A stretch of DNA of 64,000 nt from Eledone cirrhosa (lineage: Eukaryota), in contig OZ024742.1 in the NCBI GenBank assembly GCA_964016885.1, positions 16,802,001-16,866,000 on the forward strand, written 5' to 3'. The notes beneath the pieces were generated by a model, which searched no databases, had not been told where the DNA came from, and worked only from the letters and a program-made list of their open reading frames with translations. This document shows, piece after piece, positions 52,550-64,000 of this stretch. A program made the position numbers and the translations under genes. Each line of letters starts with the position of its first letter. The first letter of the stretch is position 1.

Positions 52550-52704
52550 CACACATACACATTTATATCTTATATTCTACGTCACTAGTTTAAAAATAGT
52601 GTATCACCAATATTTATGTCATACATATATGATGACCCTGTGATAAACAGGCGAAATTCCAAGTAACAAGACTCACTACTTCACCTTAATACATACATAC
52701 ATAT

Positions 52705-52738
<34 letters not shown>

Positions 52739-52769
52739 CAGTCGATTCAGGTTAACCCCTTACTCTCTT

Positions 52770-52847
<78 letters not shown>

Positions 52848-52959
52848 ACACAGCTACGTCATAATGTAATGTAGCCAGCCAGGCATACAGACATAAGGGA
52901 GCAACGTTATATCTATGTATCTATCTACAAAGAGAAAGACTAAGAGAGAGAGAGAGAGA

Positions 52960-53146
52960 GAGATCGCTAAATGGCCTAAAGCTGTCCGTAGAGCATTGAA
53001 AATTTGAAGTCTTTTTTTGTTCAAAACATTCACAGGACCATAACTATTACATGTGTAAAGTTTGAAAACAATCGGTTGGGTGGTTCTCGAGTTTTAGTCA
53101 TCTGACAGACAGACATACAAACATTCTCAGTTTTAGATATATAGAT
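52960..53146 (-). mobile_element. Probable 5' end of a non-autonomous Helitron (Lep1/DINE-like)
   Basis: Minus strand A^TCTATATATCTAAAA..(TGTC)n..AACCGATTGTTTTCAAACTTT resembles this class. The 3' end was not identified. Confidence 0.45.
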
Positions 53147-53514
53147 AAAATAAATATGGTTTTATAAAGATAGGTTCCATATTATTGATATATATATATA
53201 TATAAATAAGGGATAACAAAATATCGTTATAGGTAACCCAGTTAGAGGTTGTGAATACTTCGTATTGCTGGTAGTTTTAACGTACGGCTTTGTTTGACTC
53301 AACAAGGGGTTTACATAGGTGGCGAGTTTATGAGTTCTCTTGTATTCCTATAAGTTTATCTTGAAAGAGTGAAGAATAACATGGTCAACAGTACAAACAA
53401 GGGTTTTATTTACAGTATTAACAATTGTTTCACTGATTAACTGGTCTAAAAATTTCTGAACACTTGAAGCAGTGCCACTCAATTTTAAATACGTTGTTAG
53501 CTTAACCAGATCAT

Positions 53515-53618
<104 letters not shown>

Positions 53619-54398
53619 GCGCGAGAGAGACAGGCAGAGAGAGAGAGAGACTGATATTGGTAGATACATATATACATATATACATATATACATATATACA
53701 TATATATATATGTATGTAATGATGTTATATACTCTTTCTTCCTACGTTTATCGGACAATATAGATGCCCGAGGATGTTGCATGTATCCACGGGACATTCT
53801 GTTAGAGATTAGAGTCTTATATTCATTACTTAAATTCCCTTTGAATATATTAGTTTTAGGAATCTAAATGTGAACTGAAGGTGCAAAGATCCGCAACAAA
53901 TACTGCGAGGCACCTCATTTAATGCATTAAATAAATTCACCAACCAACTGTTTAAGACTTGTACTTTATTTATCAATCCGATCTCGAATGATTTACGCTT
54001 TCTGAAAGTAGAGAGCTACAACAAAATACCACAGTGAACTGTATCAGACGCTCTCAGAGTTTGACCTATTTGTCAGTTGATACAAATTATAGAAAACATA
54101 CATATATTCATATACACCTATACACATATACACATATAAATTAATACGAATATGCATACATACAGTCGTAAATATACAGCAGATATTTAAGATGTCGTAC
54201 ATTTAGAAAACATGAATGTCTCATCTTGTCTCGCTTAGCAGATATTGAAATCATTAATTCACTTAAAACAAAACAAAACAAAACATCTATGTACGGATAC
54301 AGACATATATACAGAGATACACATATATATATAGATATACATATACATATACATACATATATATATAGATATACATATACATATACATACATATATAT

Positions 54399-54478
<80 letters not shown>

Positions 54479-54502
54479 ACATATATATATATGTGTATGT
54501 AT

Positions 54503-54565
<63 letters not shown>

Positions 54566-54595
54566 TAATAATTTAAATATATATATATATATTTA

Positions 54596-56265
54596 TTAAA
54601 ATAACAGATTAAAGTTTAAGCAAAGAATCGCTGCTTTCACCCTTAACGGGATCTTCTGAAACTAACAAAGTCAATCTGTAAACGCAGAACTGGATATTTC
54701 AAAAAACGTTGCATCCGGAGGAAGACAGGAAGACGATACTTTGGTTCGTGGTAACGTTCGCTGGCAAAGAACGGGAAAAAACGAATAATACGTCATTAAT
54801 ATAGTAACATTTTTAATAGAAATACTATTAAAATTTCTTACTCTACGACTCCTAACCTTGCACATAACATCACAGCTTCAAATTTAGCTAAACTACCTAG
54901 CCGTAGGAACACGTGCAACCCTGTAGTTAGTACTAACTGTAATTGTAGGAATCGGGCTGATTGCCCCCTATCCGGGAAATGCCTCTCTAGTAACATTGTC
55001 TACAAATGTAAGGTTGTAACACCCACGTCCCGTAGGGCCTACATAGGGTTAACCGCCAATAGTTTCAAGCAGCGTCTTTACATGCATACCCATTCTTTTC
55101 GTTACCCTCTAAGAAGGAATATGACGTCACTTTCAGCTTATATCTGGAGTCTAAAAGACAACCACACCCAATATAAGTTACACTGGGAGATCCTAGCTAG
55201 GGCTAGATCGTATAACGGAAATAAAAGACCATGTGACCTCTGCGCCGCTAAGGCCCTGGAAATACTCTACGCTACAGACCACATCTTAAACAAAAAATCT
55301 GAGGCAATTTCGGCTTGTAAACATAAATTGCACAAAACTTTCCTGTATTACAGCCCCACGTTATACCCTAACGGATAGCACGATCTATACGTGGATATTT
55401 TACGTCTTGATGTGGGAGCTAAGTATATGTTTTGTTTATTCCTTTACTTATTTGCATAGGTAAGTATATATTACCCGTATGTTTTGTGAAGGTATGTATA
55501 CCTTCTCGTACGTATATTTGACTGTTATAGCGTATAATTTTTACATATTCTGGTATTTAGGGTTTGGCTATGTGTATACGGGAGTTTTGCGTCCGCGTGA
55601 GTGTGCAGGTTCGTACGTATGGTGGGTGTGTGTATATGTGTACTTCTTGTTTTAGTTGACTTACGTCTCCGAACATTCGTGTATTTATATGTAGGTATGC
55701 ATGTGCGCTTGTTATATACGTATTTATTTACTTATATACGTTTATATAATTATTTATTTATTTGTACACAAGCATACACTCACCCACATATTTATATGTG
55801 CGTGGTGTTGTATACCCATGGTAAGGTTTTGCGTATGCTTGTGTATGTACGTATCTGTTGGCGTGTATGTATTTATTTGTTTCTATTACTTCTGTATTGT
55901 ATTTATTTACTTTGTTCTTAACTCTGTAGCGGAGATTCATTTGGTCTCCTAGTTAGAATTTTAGTCTACGATTTCTGCTATACCATTTACGTGGTTTTGT
56001 CTTTGCGTATTGTTCTCCACGCTCCACATATGACTTATTATCTTCGTTTTTTCGTTCATTGCCAGAGAACGTCTCTATGCACCACCTAAGAGAACATTAG
56101 TCTACGACCTCTTTTATACCATAAACGTGGTTTTGTCTTTGCGCGTAATTGTTTTTCACCGCTCCTATTAATGACGTATTATTCGTTTTTTCCCGTTCTT
56201 TGCCAGCGAACGTTACCACGAACCAAAGTATCGTCTTCCTGTCTTCCTCCGGATGCAACGTTTTT
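54596..56265 (+). mobile_element. 5'-truncated Penelope-like element with an inverted copy of its 3' terminus at the 5' side
   Basis: 54808-56265 is the reverse complement of ~57790-59262 (GIY-YIG region plus tail). 54596-54802 is the inverted terminal segment, matching 57688-57892. Confidence 0.88.
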
Positions 56266-56266
56266 G

Positions 56267-56269
<3 letters not shown>

Positions 56270-56305
<36 letters not shown>

Positions 56306-56311
56306 TATATA

Positions 56312-56356
<45 letters not shown>

Positions 56357-56371
56357 ATTTATATATATATA

Positions 56372-56428
<57 letters not shown>

Positions 56429-56453
56429 ATATATATATATATTATATATATAT

Positions 56454-56538
<85 letters not shown>

Positions 56539-56592
56539 TATATATATATGTATGTATATATATATACATACATATATATATATATACATACA

Positions 56593-56672
<80 letters not shown>

Positions 56673-56679
56673 TATACAC

Positions 56680-56690
<11 letters not shown>
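56270..56690. repeat. Long (TA)n microsatellite
   Basis: Read directly from the sequence. Confidence 0.95.
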
Positions 56691-57666
<976 letters not shown>

Positions 57667-57687
57667 ATATATATATATATATATATA

Positions 57688-59790
57688 TTAAAACAACAGA
57701 TTAAAGTTTAAGCAAAGAATCGCTGCTTTCACCCTTAACGGGATCTTCTGAAACTAACAAAGTCAATCTGTAAACGCAGAACTGGATATTTCAAAAAACG
57801 TTGCAACCGGAGGAAGACAGGAACACGATACTTTGGTTCGTGGTAACGTTCGCTGGCAAAGACCGGGGAAAAACGAATAATACGTCTTTAATAGGAGCGG
57901 TGAAAAACAATTACGCGCAAAGACAGAACCACGTTTGTGGTATAAAAGAGGTCGTATACTAATGTTCTCTTAGGTGGTGCATAGAGACGTTCTCTGGCAA
58001 TGAACGAAAAAACGAAGATAATAAGTCATATGTGGAGCGTGGAGAATAATAGCACGCAAAGACAAAACCACGTAAATGGTATAGCAGAAGTCGTAGACTA
58101 AAATTCTAACAAGGAGACCAAATGAATCTCCGCTACAGAGTTAAGAACAAAGTAAATAAATACAATACAGAAGTAATAGAAATAAATAAATACATACACA
58201 CAAACAAACACGTACATACACAAGCATACGCAACACCTTACCACAGGTATACAAAACCACGCACATATAAATATGTGTGTGAGTGTATGCTTGTGTACAA
58301 ATAAATAAATAATTATATAAACGTATATAAGTAAATAAATACGTATATAACAAGCGCACACACATACCTACATATAAATACACGAATGTTCGGAGACGTA
58401 AGTCAATTAAAACAAGAAGTACACATATACACACACCCACCATACGTACGAACCTGCATATTCACGCAGACGCAAAACTCCCGTATACACATAGCCAAAC
58501 CCTAAATACCAAATATATACAAATTATACGCCATAACAATCAAATATACGTACGAGAAGGTATACATACCTTCACAAAACATACGGGTAATATATACTTA
58601 CCTATGCAAATAAGTAAAGGAATAAACAAAACATATACTTAGCTCCCACATCAAGACGTAAAATATCCACGTATAGATCGTACTATCCGTTAGGGTATAA
58701 CGTGGGGCTGTAATACAGGAAAGTTGTGTGCAATTTATGTTTACAAGCCGAAATTGCCTCAGATTTTTTGTTTAAGATGTGGTCTGTGGCGTAGAGTATT
58801 TCCAGGGCCTCAGCGGCGCAGAGGTCACATGGTCTTTTATTTCCGTTATACGATCTAGCCCTAGCTAGGATATCCCAGTGTAACTTATATTGGGTGTGGT
58901 TGTCTTTTAGACTCAAGATATAAGCTGAAAGTGACGTCATATTCCTTCTTAGAGGGTAACGAAAAGAATGGGTATGCATGTAAAGACGCTGCTTGAAACT
59001 ATTGGCGGTTAAACCTATGTAGGCCCTACGGGACGTGGGTGTTACAACCTTACATTTGTAGACAATGTTACTAGAGAGGCATTTCCCGGATAGGGGGCAA
59101 TCTGCCCGATTCCTACAATTACAGTTAGTACTAACTACAGGGTTGCACGTGTTCCTACGGCTAGGTAGTTTAGCTAAATTTGAAGCTGTGATGTTATGTG
59201 AAAGGTTAGGAGTCGTAGAGTAAGAAATTTTAATAGTATTTCTATTAAAAATTTTACTATATTTATGTGTAGGGGGAAAATGCTTCGTAATAAGGGAAAG
59301 AAAGATCTTAGCTAATGGTGTGGCCACCTCCATATTATATGGTGGGTTAAACCAACAAATGCGACGGGATCTATTTCTTCTAGTTCTATTTTCGTACTCT
59401 GTATAAGCTACCTTATCGACAAATCCACTTCGAGCAAGAGCTTCATTGTAATAAGTGGAATGGTCGTTGAAAACGCGCTCGTTGGTGGAAAGACGGGAAA
59501 GCCTCAACGAAACGTTTCTTACCAGGTTCTTGGTTATGCTGGCAGGATGGTTGCAATGCTTACTTATGTAATTAAGCGTATCATTCGGCTTTCTATACGG
59601 GTAATACAACCCATTCGATAAATTGAGGGTAACGTCGAGGTAATTAACGACCGAGAGATTGGCCTCAACCTGTATAGAGAGGTTGAAGCCTTTAAAGAAG
59701 GCTGTGAGTTCTTTTCTGAACCTGTCGCAATCACGAGGTCCGCACTTAGTCATGGTCAAAAGACCATCGTCACGGTACAAACCACCGCCC
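57688..59790 (-). mobile_element. 5'-truncated Penelope-like element
   Basis: Coding region followed by a ~1 kb 3' non-coding region. (TA)n flanks. Confidence 0.92.
58683..59780 (-). CDS. Penelope RT C-terminal half + GIY-YIG endonuclease (partial, no true start)
   Basis: YRDD, NYLDVTL, YRKPN, CNHP, WFNPPY, CNC..CPL.G.C, IVYKC..YIG.T, FKQR, CDLC..E, CKH. Confidence 0.9.
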   Translation of the reverse strand: MYRDDGLLTMTKCGPRDCDRFRKELTAFFKGFNLSIQVEANLSVVNYLDVTLNLSNGLYYPYRKPNDTLNYISKHCNHPASITKNLVRNVSLRLSRLSTNERVFNDHSTYYNEALARSGFVDKVAYTEYENRTRRNRSRRICWFNPPYNMEVATPLAKIFLSLITKHFPPTHKYSKIFNRNTIKISYSTTPNLSHNITASNLAKLPSRRNTCNPVVSTNCNCRNRADCPLSGKCLSSNIVYKCKVVTPTSRRAYIGLTANSFKQRLYMHTHSFRYPLRRNMTSLSAYILSLKDNHTQYKLHWDILARARSYNGNKRPCDLCAAEALEILYATDHILNKKSEAISACKHKLHTTFLYYSPTLYPNG

Positions 59791-60036
59791 GCATATTTAT
59801 TTATATATATATGTGTGTGTGTGTGTGTGTATGCATAAGTTCATACCCTCATCCACATACACAGACAGAGACGCCAGAAAGTGTCCTCCCTACTCTCAAA
59901 CACATGCATAGACATGTGTATATATACACACACACACAAACACACACACATATGAATGTATATATTTCAGAGCACCAATTCTAATTTTCAACACACACAC
60001 ACATATATATATATGCACATATATATATATATATAA

Positions 60037-60110
<74 letters not shown>

Positions 60111-60553
60111 GTGTGTGTGTGTGTGTGTGATCGATGATGTAAACATCATCCATAATGAATTGCTTCTATATGTTGAAATGTCATCACGTAGACTCCCTAT
60201 AACATTATATTTTTAAATTCTCCCTCTGGCTCCCATTTACTAAACTTTCTCACCAAAAAGCTATTAAGATATTTTGATTATATAAAATACTGCTATTTGT
60301 TTTGATTTTATACTCTTAACAGAAAATTGGAGTATATTCTACTTTGCTGTAGTATCATTAGTATTTTCACTGGTTGCTGTCTGCTGTTTATCGAATGCTT
60401 AGTAAGGCATGAAATACGACAGATGGACATTTTTCTTGATTGAATTCATAGATAAAACCAATGGTGGCTATTCCCCGTTGACTGCAATATCGATCATTTG
60501 TAATTCTTGAAATGATGGGAGAAAAAAAAATTTAATATTTAATGTGATAATAA

Positions 60554-60905
60554 TTGTTTCTACTTTAGGCACAACGCCAGCAATTATCCGAGTGCATTAC
60601 TGGTACTTTATTTATCGACCCCGTAATGATGAAAGGCAAAGTTAATCTCGGCGGGATTTGAACTCAGAATGGCAAGGGCCGTAACTCAATGCGTCAAAGC
60701 ATGGCGTCCGACGCTCTACTGATACTGCCAATTCACCGCCCTGTGGAGTTTCTACTTTTGTTACAAGGCCAAGATTATCCCAGTGCATCACTGGTACTTT
60801 ATTTTATCAACACCGTAAGGATGAAAGGCTAAGTTAACCTCGGCGGATTTGAACACAGACCACAAAGGGCCACATCTCTATGCTGCAAAGCATGGCGTCT
60901 AACGC
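60554..60905 (-). mobile_element. Two tandem tRNA-derived SINE copies (60554-60740 and 60748-60905)
   Basis: Same family as 38191-38375. Confidence 0.8.
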
Positions 60906-60984
60906 AAGGACAATACACTTTCACTAAATTTGAGAAATCGTCATTATCACATTTAATAATAATATAAAATGAAAATAAATTGCA

Positions 60985-61003
60985 TAATAATAATAGTAAT
61001 AAT

Positions 61004-61036
<33 letters not shown>

Positions 61037-61039
61037 AAG

Positions 61040-61097
<58 letters not shown>

Positions 61098-61152
61098 ATA
61101 AACCATCACCATAATATTAATGATAATATTGAAGATGATGATGATAATAATG
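60985..61152. repeat. Compound (AAT)(AAG)(AAC)(GAT) microsatellite
   Basis: Read directly from the sequence. Confidence 0.9.
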
Positions 61153-62008
61153 ATTTCTTTATTAACCACAAGGGTTTACATAAAGTAGACATTAAGGACA
61201 GTGCAGGACAATACAGGACGGTACAAATGGGCATTTCTGCGTGTAAAAAACAAAAACAGAGGATGTAACAAAAAAAAACAATGAAACATTGCCCAATAGG
61301 GGGGAGATTTCGGAGGGACATTTGTGGAGAATGCCCAGTAAAAGGCCACAGTGACCCTGACCACCAAGGCAAGTGCCCTCTCCCAGTTTTCCACTTTTAA
61401 TTAACAGATACGTACTCAGACTAGGCCCATTCACTCGGACCATTCTTGCTTCTCTCACCCATCTTTCAACAAAATGCTGGGAAGAGAGCACTTCCCTCTC
61501 TACTCTGATTTTCCTTTTCAAATGAAATTTGAAAAAGTCAATCAGGGCATCACCGAGGAGGTAAGTGCTCGTCTTCAGCCCTTTCAAACGTGTCCACCAT
61601 ACTATCCCTTTCGCCATGGCCACCAGACAGATAAACACTGCCTGCCCTTCCCGGCTAAAGGAAGAGAGCGGGGCAATCCTCACGATGGACTCAGATGATA
61701 GCCGGATCCGTCCTACACGCGTCAGCAATGTTCGGACACTGGACGAGTGCGTGCAGGACGGTTTCGTCGCCCTGCGCGCATCTGGGACATGCCCGGCTGA
61801 CGGCACCTCCATGCCTGTAGAGTTTATCCCGAACTGGCAAAGCTCCTCGGTAGCACTGCCAGGCCAGGGATTTCTGGAAGTTGTCCATAGGCCCCGGCCC
61901 GAAAGTTCTTCCGAAGAGATTGGCTTGTTGATTTTCGTCGACGCCTAGAGTTTCCCCAAGTACGTCGTCGATCTTCCCCTCCACTAATACTCTCTACCGA
62001 TACTACCA
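61153..62008 (-). mobile_element. 5'-truncated Tx1 copy of a further diverged subfamily
   Basis: FGRTFGPGPMDNFQKSLAWQCYRGALPVR, CPRC..HALVQC and ARMVRVNGPSL. The 3' end reads GTGGTTAATAAAGAAATC. Confidence 0.9.
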
Positions 62009-62360
62009 ATAATAATAATAATATTTATAATAATAATAATCGGAACAACAGAAAAAAGCGTTGTTAAGTAGTGGGGTCAATATAATTGATTTTCCACCCA
62101 CCTCAAATCGCTGGTCTTCCGCCAATCTTACAAACTTATTGATACGGTACGTGGAGTTTTACTTTTACTTTTACAAACTCCAATATTAACAAAATGTGAC
62201 AAAGATCAACTGTGTCGATTGTAGAGTGGGGTTCTGAATATCTTCCAATTTATTTTGTTTTTGTACAGCTTAAACATAGGTAATAAGATTTAAAACTGTC
62301 TGTGAGTATTATAGGATACAAGACTTTGCCAAAAAAAACGAGAAATGAGGACCAAGTGAC

Positions 62361-62544
62361 GCGGACTGGTTTGGCAGTTTCGGTAGAGCGTCAGAGACCG
62401 TGCTTTGCAGCATAGTTATGGCCCTTTGCGTTCTGAGTTCAAATCCGCCGAGGTTAACTTTGCCTTTCATCCTTACGAGGTTGATAAAATAAAGTACCAC
62501 TGATGCACTAGGGTAATCGCTGGCCTTGTGCCAAATATAGAAAC
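62361..62544 (+). mobile_element. tRNA-derived SINE
   Basis: Same family as the other copies, with B-box GAGTTCAAATCC. Confidence 0.8.
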
Positions 62545-63654
62545 TCTATTTTAACTTTCGAATGACGTCTGATAGGAATTCACTGTTAGTTTTGCTTCTT
62601 GAGCCAGAAACAAGACTCTCTGAATGCATTTCTAAATTTAGAGCCGACAGTTTCTAATGGTTGTGTTTCACTGAGAGCAGTCAATGGGATGACAACCACA
62701 AGAACAGTCAGTAAATTTATGCCAAAAGCTACGGTGCTTTGTGACTGGCTTACAGCGATGTTACTAGGTGAACCATTTTTGAAAGCAAACTAGTAACCCA
62801 AACCAATGACGTTAACCACATTATAAGAAAATAAAATTCTGATAAACATGTCAAAAAATCTGAATTTTACATAAAGATTAAAACTATGTTTGCGTGAATA
62901 ATTATTAAGTTCTTTATATTATCTCGCATGTTGTTCCACCATGAAGATAGAAATGCCTATCAATCAAGATGTTTTCCTTGTGGCATTCAGTTCATTATTC
63001 CATAAAAAAAAAACAGACACCATACCGTTGATCATTTGAGTTATTTCATTAGCTAATTCTTATTTGTTAATGGTGAAATTTGAACTTATTGTTGGTAGTT
63101 CAGTTGATAACTCTTGTTTACATACTCAATTGTGTATAGTTCCTTTAAAGCGTTCTTATGTTTTATGAAGTCACGCAGTGAAATCTATTTTAGCTGATAT
63201 TAAAAGTAACTTTCTTTGTCGATTCTGTTTTATTATGTCTGATTCATGATGTTTAAAACTTACAAACACTAGTAAAACTTTTAAAAGTCTACATATATTC
63301 AATTGTAGTGGAATGAATGCCATTTGTTTCATGAAACAGAAGCTGATGGGCCACAAAAAAGAACTTATATGTGGTTAATCGTCCCGCTTGAATGGCAGTA
63401 AAATCTCTCCTGACTCACACCATATCATTATAAACATGATACGATATATTTGAAAGATGCAATTGTACACAAGCCCTCTGAAGCGCAAAGACGGGATAGT
63501 CACGGCTGAAATATGTTTGATCATAGATTGACCTAACCGGAGCTGACCTAATAGTGAGTGTGAAAAAAAATAACAACATAAATTTAAAGTCTGTCGTTAG
63601 CAGTATTTTGGGGAATAAATTTACCAGTAAATCAATATCAATATTAATATTTTA

Positions 63655-63847
63655 GCGGTGTTTTTGGCAGTATCGGTAGAGGGTCGGACGCCATGCTTTG
63701 ATGCATATAGTTACGGCCCTTGCCATTCTGAGTTCAAATCCCTCCGAAGTTAACTTTGCCTTTCATCCTTACGGGGTCGATAAAATAAAGTACCAGTAAT
63801 ACACTGGGTATTTGCCGGCCTTGTGCCAAAAGTAGAAATAAATAATA
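63655..63847 (+). mobile_element. tRNA-derived SINE
   Basis: Full-length copy with A/B boxes, core and AAT tail. Confidence 0.83.
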
Positions 63848-64000
63848 TTTTAGTACAAAAAAATATAATTTAGAAAGTTTCAACCACACAAATTTAATGG
63901 AACATCACATGAAACCGTATAAAAAGAAAGAAGCAACATCAGCCTAAAACATTTTTACCATTTGGCCTTAACGAATCCGTAGAATGATTTAAAGTGAACA

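Noticed and set aside
63655-63760. tRNA genes at SINE heads
   Set aside because: A/B boxes are present but there is no cloverleaf, and they continue into a shared SINE body.

Overview
This is repeat-dense eukaryotic (animal) DNA. The SINE families and microsatellite load suggest a cephalopod such as Octopus, but that is an inference. No complete host gene is visible, only one possible terminal exon near 10.4 kb. The window is dominated by retroelements that sort by microsatellite type. (1) Tx1-clade LINEs (ORF1 with a zinc knuckle; ORF2 with APE endonuclease, RT and zinc finger) form a ~24.5 kb head-to-tail array separated by (TATC)n at 11.2-35.7 kb, including one nearly intact copy. (2) R4/Dong-type restriction-like-endonuclease LINEs form a ~10.5 kb head-to-tail array separated by (AAT)n at 39.3-49.9 kb. 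(3) Penelope-like elements (RT + GIY-YIG) and small non-coding derivatives sit in (TA)n runs. Also present are a non-autonomous LTR element primed by tRNA-Trp, tRNA-derived SINEs, an RTE remnant and a probable Helitron end. The most interesting signals are: two near-canonical hammerhead ribozymes on opposite strands at 50.7 and 51.1 kb plus variant or decayed ones; ~120 bp palindromes that look like fold-back copies centred on a hammerhead stem II; a Tx1 ORF1 stop codon that is in frame with ORF2 and embedded in a conserved 5' splice-site motif; and a primer-binding site extended past tRNA position 58 with its only mismatch at that position.
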